Shown in pieces: positions 7,384 through 12,224 of a stretch of DNA of 12,224 nucleotides; position 1 is the first letter of the stretch, and each line of letters starts with the position of its first letter. A program made the translations under genes and the position numbers. The stretch covers positions 1 to 12,224 of the forward strand of contig CAVPXM010000085.1 of NCBI GenBank assembly GCA_963709405.1. Reading direction: 5' to 3'. The notes below the pieces were generated by a model. It searched no databases. It was not told where the DNA came from and saw nothing but the letters and a program-made list of their open reading frames with translations. Source of the stretch: an uncultured Nitrososphaerales archaeon (lineage in GTDB: Archaea > Thermoproteota > Nitrososphaeria > Nitrososphaerales > Nitrososphaeraceae).

Positions 7384-8309
7384 CTACTCTGCACAGATCA
7401 TAGCGTAACCTACCTCAAGTATATGTATCGAATCTCTGGGTTCATTTGGTACATTCAAAAAGTCTAATACCTTTTGCTTTATATCAGCGACTTTATGAGG
7501 ATCGTCTAAACGACAGGTTTAGTCACTAGTTTGACTACGATAGAGAAGACATTCAGAGTATTCAGACAATCAATCTACAATCAGTCGTTGCTGAAACTAA
7601 AAGAGTTAAAGAAGTTGTCTGGAGAATTAGAAATAGACGAAGATTATTTGGTGGACATAGGAAAGGAAAACGTGGATGGGGATCTGAAGGTAAAAACCTA
7701 GTATTTGGAATATACCAGAGAAATGGCAAGGTCATCACATTCCCTGTATCCGACAGAAAACATGATACACTGATTCCCTTGATAAAACAACATACAAAGA
7801 AAGGTTCCTTGTATTATACGGATGATCATACTGCATATGCTACATTGAATTTGATAGGTAAACATCAGATAATACTTCATGGAAAGGAAGAATATGTTAG
7901 AGATGATGCAACTCATATCAATGGTATCGAAGGATTCTGGAGCTATGCCAAGACATGGCTATATCACTACCGAGGTGTACCGAAATCATACTTTGAACTT
8001 TATTTAAAGGAAATAGAGTTCAGATTCAATCATAGGAACGAAAATATCTTCAGAATACTGACAAAGATGATGAGCTACTTTTATATCATACTCGGTCTCC
8101 GGCACAAGATGTAGACTGCCGGCAAGATTGGGTGATTTTATAAAAAAGACAATCTTGTCCCAATGTTGTACATGTGATGCGGGGCAAATTGGCGCTTGTA
8201 CTTGAGCAAATGTGCTTGGAGTTGATGTGTTGGTAGCGGCAATAAGTGCGCCAGAAATTACAACTAACAAGGCAATGATATGACAGTTGTTCTTCACTAA
8301 TATTAACAC
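7384..8309 (-). pseudogene. secreted 'QHWDKIVF'-domain paralog (119 aa reconstructed) interrupted by an IS1595 fragment
   Basis: 5' part 8309-8076 ends ...CPASHVQHWDKIVFFIKSPNLAGSLHLVPETEYDIKV. 3' part 7509-7384 reads LDDPHKVADIKQKVLDFLNVPNEPRDSIHILEVGYAMICAE*. Joined, it aligns without gaps to the domain of 6669..7367. Confidence 0.9.
7510..8075 (+). mobile_element. internal fragment of an IS1595-family (ISXO2-like DDE) transposase, frameshifted, no terminal repeats seen
   Basis: Reads SLTTIEKTFRVFRQSIY...LSGELEIDE, 1-nt frameshift near 7642, then LFGGHRKGKRGWGSEGKNLVFGIYQR...YYTDDHTAY...HINGIEGFWSYAK...YLKEIEFRFNHR. All hallmark IS1595 catalytic motifs are present; the N-terminal zinc-ribbon region is absent. 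Confidence 0.92.
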
Positions 8310-8334
8310 AGATTAAAATCCAACAACTGCGGTC

Positions 8335-8350
8335 TATATAAGCATTTTTC
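8335..8350 (-). promoter_or_regulatory. BRE/TATA promoter (gaaaaatgc-TTATATA) of the two-paralog operon
   Basis: TTATATA lies 26-32 nt upstream of GTG at 8309, preceded by a purine-rich stretch. Confidence 0.55.
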
Positions 8351-8628
8351 ATCTTGTTCTTACATATGATATCAATCTATAATTGCCATCATTTAACTTT
8401 CAAAATCTACATTTTTTCCCAACTAACTTCGATATTCTTATAATTTAGAACTTCATAATTGGGATATAATTATAATGACATCTTTTAGACATGAGATAAA
8501 GAATATTACAATAGTATACCTAGCAGACGAGTGTAGGTCCCGTGCATTATATGGATGGTATAAGGTATCATATACCCTATTTTGAGAATGACCTTTAAAT
8601 AGAATGCAAAGGATGCCAAAGATTATGT

Positions 8629-9043
8629 CCTGAAACCCAAAGAGCATTAGTTTTACAAGGAGGGGGTGCCTTGGTGCGTACCAGTACGTGTATTAAAAGT
8701 ACTATGCAAGAATCTTCTCACAGAGAAACAGAATTGCAACAAAGATGGATTATTATTCCACATTATAGCCGGGACATCAATTGGTGCTATGAATGCTGCA
8801 GTATTAGTCAGTAATGTGGTTAATAGAAATAGACCTTGGGATAAAGCAATAGAAGAACTTGAGAACTTTTGGACAGATGAAAAATATGGTCTCTCTTCTA
8901 ATCCTGACTTTAGCAAATGGTGGCGAAATGACGATTATGATCAAAATAAAGCCTATGCCTCAGATGAGGCTCTAAGAAAATATTATTCAGTAAAGACAAA
9001 CTTTTCTAATTCTTACGCCAGCACTTCAGATTTATCCTTATGA
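8629..9043 (+). pseudogene. patatin-like phospholipase, frameshifted and C-terminally truncated
   Basis: PETQRALVLQGGGA(L)/GAYQ/..VLKVLCKNL spans three frames (oxyanion Gly-rich motif). Nucleophile motif IIAGTSIGAMNAAVL and LENFW follow. The ORF ends with no catalytic DGG motif. Confidence 0.88.
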
Positions 9044-9337
9044 AGATTTACTACAGATTATGAAAGAACCAATATCAATACCACTGATCCTAGTCTAAAG
9101 TAATTGCAGTAAATGTGAAAAAGAAGTATGTTTTGAATATTTGATCAAATCATGACGTTGATGAATCTCCCGATTCCGATAATTTAGTCATATGCGATTA
9201 TTCTGAATTTCATAGAATGACACAGTCAAGCATTCTTCGGTAACTATTGCTCATGTTGTTCTGATATCGAACATTGTTGTCTCAATTACCTGAGTTCGCA
9301 AGTAGGAGGAGATTATTGTACTTTGGAGACAGACGAG

Positions 9338-9766
9338 TTACTTCTTTTTTATTATACTAGAGTGATACTCTGCCATCTCTCCAATTGCTGAGTTATAGCT
9401 CTTTACATACTCCTTTAAAAGTTCTGTAGTCTTCGCCATAAGCTTATTTTGTATGTTCATCCAATTAATCAAATTTCTTGTATACTCATTTGAATGATTT
9501 ATCATATTTTCTGTATTTGCCGTAGCTGTGATAGGCTCCTGGTAGTATGAGCGTGAATTTGAAAAATATTCTTTTTGAAGAGAGATTGTACTCTCGTACG
9601 CGAGCTTGATTGATTCCAAATATTCTTGCTGTAGACCGGATATTGCCTGTACGTGCTGCTGCATAGACTTGGCAAATTCCTCTGATAGCTTTTTATAATT
9701 TTCATTAGCTACTTCGTTCAACTTATTCATTGGAACACTATCGCTCTGTTTCTTTTCGTTGGCCAT
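9338..9766 (-). CDS. all-helical amphipathic hypothetical protein, phasin-like (142 aa)
   Basis: Gln/Glu/Asn/Lys-rich, few Pro/Gly, amphipathic helices (EEFAKSMQQHVQAISGLQQEYLESIKLAYESTISLQKEYF). TATATATT box 22-29 nt upstream of ATG. The phasin label is inference. Confidence 0.75.
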   Translation of the reverse strand: MANEKKQSDSVPMNKLNEVANENYKKLSEEFAKSMQQHVQAISGLQQEYLESIKLAYESTISLQKEYFSNSRSYYQEPITATANTENMINHSNEYTRNLINWMNIQNKLMAKTTELLKEYVKSYNSAIGEMAEYHSSIIKKK

Positions 9767-9814
9767 ATGCAGATCATTTATGACGCTAATATATAGCCCT
9801 AACTTTCCCCATAA

Positions 9815-10081
9815 TCAGTAAGTTTGAGAGAATTCTTTTCCCATCTTTAATTTACCAAATAATCCTGTCCTGCTTCCGCTTTCTGTATCTGTCATTTGCA
9901 TTATTGTCGGGTGAATAAAATCAAAATTGATCTTTTCTCTTTACTTGTCAACTTCTATCCTATCTGCGGATTTTCCTTTCATATCAAAATCAATTACATC
10001 ACCTTTTACTTTTCTAAGTGTTCTGGCAAACAAGTCTAGTATTATTTGCCGAGTCCTATTATCACCATAATTATTTGACAT
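9815..10081 (-). pseudogene. stop-interrupted hypothetical gene downstream of the 79-aa ORF
   Basis: Reads MSNNYGDNRTRQIILDLFARTLRKVKGDVIDFDMKGKSADRIEVDK*REKINFDFIHPTIMQMTDTESGSRTGLFGKLKMGKEFSQTY* with a single TAA at 9941-9943. Protein-like composition on both sides of the stop. Not in the ORF track. Confidence 0.6.
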
Positions 10082-10198
10082 GATCTATCTTATGCTCCTG
10101 CCTATGTCATTAATGCTACTACGTTTCTCCTTTCTCTTGTCTTCATAGAAGTCTATACGTAGTAATTTTTATTCTGATAAAAGCGACTGTAATTTCTA

Positions 10199-10438
10199 TC
10201 ATTCTTTATTAGATTCTGTAGTTGTCCATTGAATTTTTCCATTAATTACCCACTTGGCACTAATCAGGTCCGCGCCATCTGGACCCTTTACCTGCGGAAT
10301 ATCAATTTGGAGATCATCAAACTTCATTGTAGTAGATACATTCGTACCTACTAGTTTGTCTACAATATCACCGATTAGTTCAGCCCATTGACTTGGAGTA
10401 TTTTTTTGATTTGATTTGGTATTACTACTTTTACTCAT
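10199..10438 (-). CDS. small hypothetical protein (79 aa)
   Basis: Globular-looking sequence (WAELIGDIVDKLVG...FDDLQIDIP...AKWVINGKI); AATATAT box 26-32 nt upstream of ATG. Confidence 0.8.
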   Translation of the reverse strand: MSKSSNTKSNQKNTPSQWAELIGDIVDKLVGTNVSTTMKFDDLQIDIPQVKGPDGADLISAKWVINGKIQWTTTESNKE

Positions 10439-10937
10439 AATTGATAGCTTGATATAGACAATGATATATTACTCTAACAATAGAAAATAGATTCTTTATT
10501 CTGTGCCCCAGGCAAATACATTCTTGATTTTTCGAAACAACTGCTAACAAGACAAACTAATCAGCAGAGGCATAGAATCAGGGACACATGAGTGCAATTG
10601 CTGTATAGTCCTTTAGACTACATTCTGCCGAGATTAAATGACCCTAATACGAGAGTCCCATTTGAATTCTCGAATTATGATCTCCGAGATATACGTCTGT
10701 TCAACAAACTAATCTTTATGTGGTTAAGTATGTTAAAGGGTATCTAACCATACTAATTTAGATGGTCGACTTTTACGTGTGTTTCTAGATCGACATAGAG
10801 TTTAGAATCACTATTGAGACGCTTGCGATGAAAATTACCTTTGGATTAAGTCATAACTTATTCTTATTCATGTCATCAGAAATTACACCGATTAGTTGAC
10901 AATTAAACCAGGCAGTTGGATAATTGAATGATCACCT

Positions 10938-11474
10938 TTAAGGATTTATTGTGAACTCAAATGGTTTTGTAACGCTAGCTGCGTGACCATTCTCATTCTG
11001 ATAATTAAGAGTTGCACTTGCCGTTGTTTGTCCTGGTGCAAATGCTTGATATATTGTTCCTGAACTTGGACCAGCTATTGTAACTTGATCACCGGCTTTC
11101 AGTTGGAATGGTGGAGAAGGTGTAGTACATCCTTGTGTGTGTTTTATGACCACATTTTTGAGAAACTTTGCAGATAAAGGTGAATCACACACTCCGGCAC
11201 TGAAAGTTATTGTGCCTGGCGATTTATTGACTACAGTTGCAGTTACTTCAAATTTACTGGGAACTTTAAGATTTGAAGGAGACGTATGAATATTTACCAG
11301 ATCAACTCCCTGCGTGGCATTCCCATTTAATTTGCTTGTAGTAGAGTTAACAAGTGATTGTGAAAATGCATATTGAATTTGGCCCGACGGAAAGGTCAAA
11401 ATACTAAATAAAAGGAATACGGATATTATGGTTGATATTACGCCAAATTGGGTTATTTTGAAAGGTGTTTGCAT
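10938..11474 (-). CDS. secreted beta-sandwich (Ig/CARDB-like) hypothetical protein (178 aa)
   Basis: N-terminal signal/TM segment ending YAFSQ; alternating beta-strand pattern (FEVTATVVN, TTASATLNY, KPFEFTI); two Cys (VCDSP, QGCT). Confidence 0.85.
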   Translation of the reverse strand: MQTPFKITQFGVISTIISVFLLFSILTFPSGQIQYAFSQSLVNSTTSKLNGNATQGVDLVNIHTSPSNLKVPSKFEVTATVVNKSPGTITFSAGVCDSPLSAKFLKNVVIKHTQGCTTPSPPFQLKAGDQVTIAGPSSGTIYQAFAPGQTTASATLNYQNENGHAASVTKPFEFTINP

Positions 11475-11573
11475 GACAATTTATTGCTAGAGCACATATT
11501 TGAGCATATCTCTAACAATTTAAATTGTTTCTTTCAACGATGAGAGGTGGTAAAGCCATTAACGCTATGCACA

Positions 11574-12032
11574 CTAGTGACCAAACGGTGGTAGTAACCA
11601 AGTTTGTGCTACAGCATTAGACCAAGATGGTAGCGGACTGAGATCACCAGCTGGCTCTTGGGTCACAACGATATCTGTATAGGTTGTTGCATTATTCATT
11701 ACTTCCTGAAATCTTAGGCCACCAGAGTTCAATATTTTACCCATACTTAGCGCGTAGTCAGAACCCTTTGAGAGATCATCTACAAGCCAGGCCTCAAACA
11801 CTTTACCCGGTTGAGGAATATAGTTTGTAGTAATGTCGACATCAATCAAATTGCCGTTCGTACAAACGTCTGCTAATCCGAATATCGTGCCACCATATCC
11901 TATTAAAGCGCCAGTCTGGCATTTTATTGGTTTAGTTTGTGCAGATTGAGCGTACGCTTTGACTAGAACCGATGACATTACCAATAAAGCTAGAGTTGTC
12001 AACATAACAGCAGCAATGACACTTAATCGCAT
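11574..12032 (-). CDS. secreted protein with an anti-sigma-K factor RskA C-terminal-like domain (152 aa)
   Basis: Signal peptide ending KAYAQ. Motifs PQPGKVFEAWLVD, LSMGKI and DIVVTQEPAGDLSPLPS resemble the RskA extracellular domain pattern (Y/FxxWL...S.G...VTxEPxGxSPxP). Confidence 0.75.
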   Translation of the reverse strand: MRLSVIAAVMLTTLALLVMSSVLVKAYAQSAQTKPIKCQTGALIGYGGTIFGLADVCTNGNLIDVDITTNYIPQPGKVFEAWLVDDLSKGSDYALSMGKILNSGGLRFQEVMNNATTYTDIVVTQEPAGDLSPLPSWSNAVAQTWLLPPFGH

Positions 12033-12054
12033 AATTTGAAATACATTCGTAAGA

Positions 12055-12061
12055 ATATAAA
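12055..12061 (-). promoter_or_regulatory. archaeal TATA box (TTTATAT)
   Basis: Located 23-29 nt upstream of ATG at 12032. Confidence 0.55.
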
Positions 12062-12224
12062 TAGTATGCTAAGAGTATTCGATTATAGTAAATTTAGGTT
12101 AGCAGTAATCGGCAGCTATTAGTTTTTTCAGTTGGGACATCGTAATCTGATTTAGCAGAACTGTAGACTTGTTGGATCTTTCTGCAAGTACAGGTTATAT
12201 CAAAAGATGGGTTTGCCGAGGCGG

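Noticed and set aside
7510-8075. Insert as an archaeal bulge-helix-bulge or self-splicing intron
   Set aside because: No pairing between the two junctions consistent with a BHB motif was seen, and the content is antisense transposase coding sequence. Only RT-PCR could revive the idea.
7698-8352. ORFs 7698..7916 (-) and 8086..8352 (-), and the C-terminal ends of 7779..8114 and 8004..8309
   Set aside because: Antisense or off-frame shadows; the tails of the two real frames are run-through across the insertion junction at 8075/8076.
8453-8916. Minus-strand ORFs of 64 and 87 aa
   Set aside because: Antisense to the patatin pseudogene and its upstream region.
9502-9705. 67-aa minus-strand ORF
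   Set aside because: Alternative frame nested inside the 142-aa gene.

Overview
AT-rich, low-coding-density accessory region that looks archaeal, most like a soil ammonia-oxidising archaeon (Nitrososphaeraceae). This is inferred from protein styles, TATA boxes about 25-30 nt upstream of start codons and oligo-T terminators. Intact genes are a SnoaL-like cyclase, small membrane proteins, a helical phasin-like protein and several secreted hypothetical proteins, one with an RskA-C-terminal-like domain. Between them lie many gene fragments: an ABC substrate-binding protein C-terminus, a response-regulator receiver remnant, a truncated IS5-family element, a start-less zinc ribbon, a broken patatin and another stop-interrupted ORF. 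The most notable structure is a tandem pair of paralogous secreted proteins sharing a Cys-flanked 'QHWDKIVF...LDDPHKVADIK' domain (minus strand, 6306-8309). The upstream paralog is split between two codons by a 566-bp internal IS1595 transposase fragment with no visible terminal repeats or target duplication, next to a 32-bp tract identical in both paralogs. The downstream paralog carries a 69-bp Cys/Pro tandem repeat array whose last two copies are scrambled by indels that still preserve the overall frame. Assembly-consensus error from a heterogeneous population is a serious alternative for several of these oddities.
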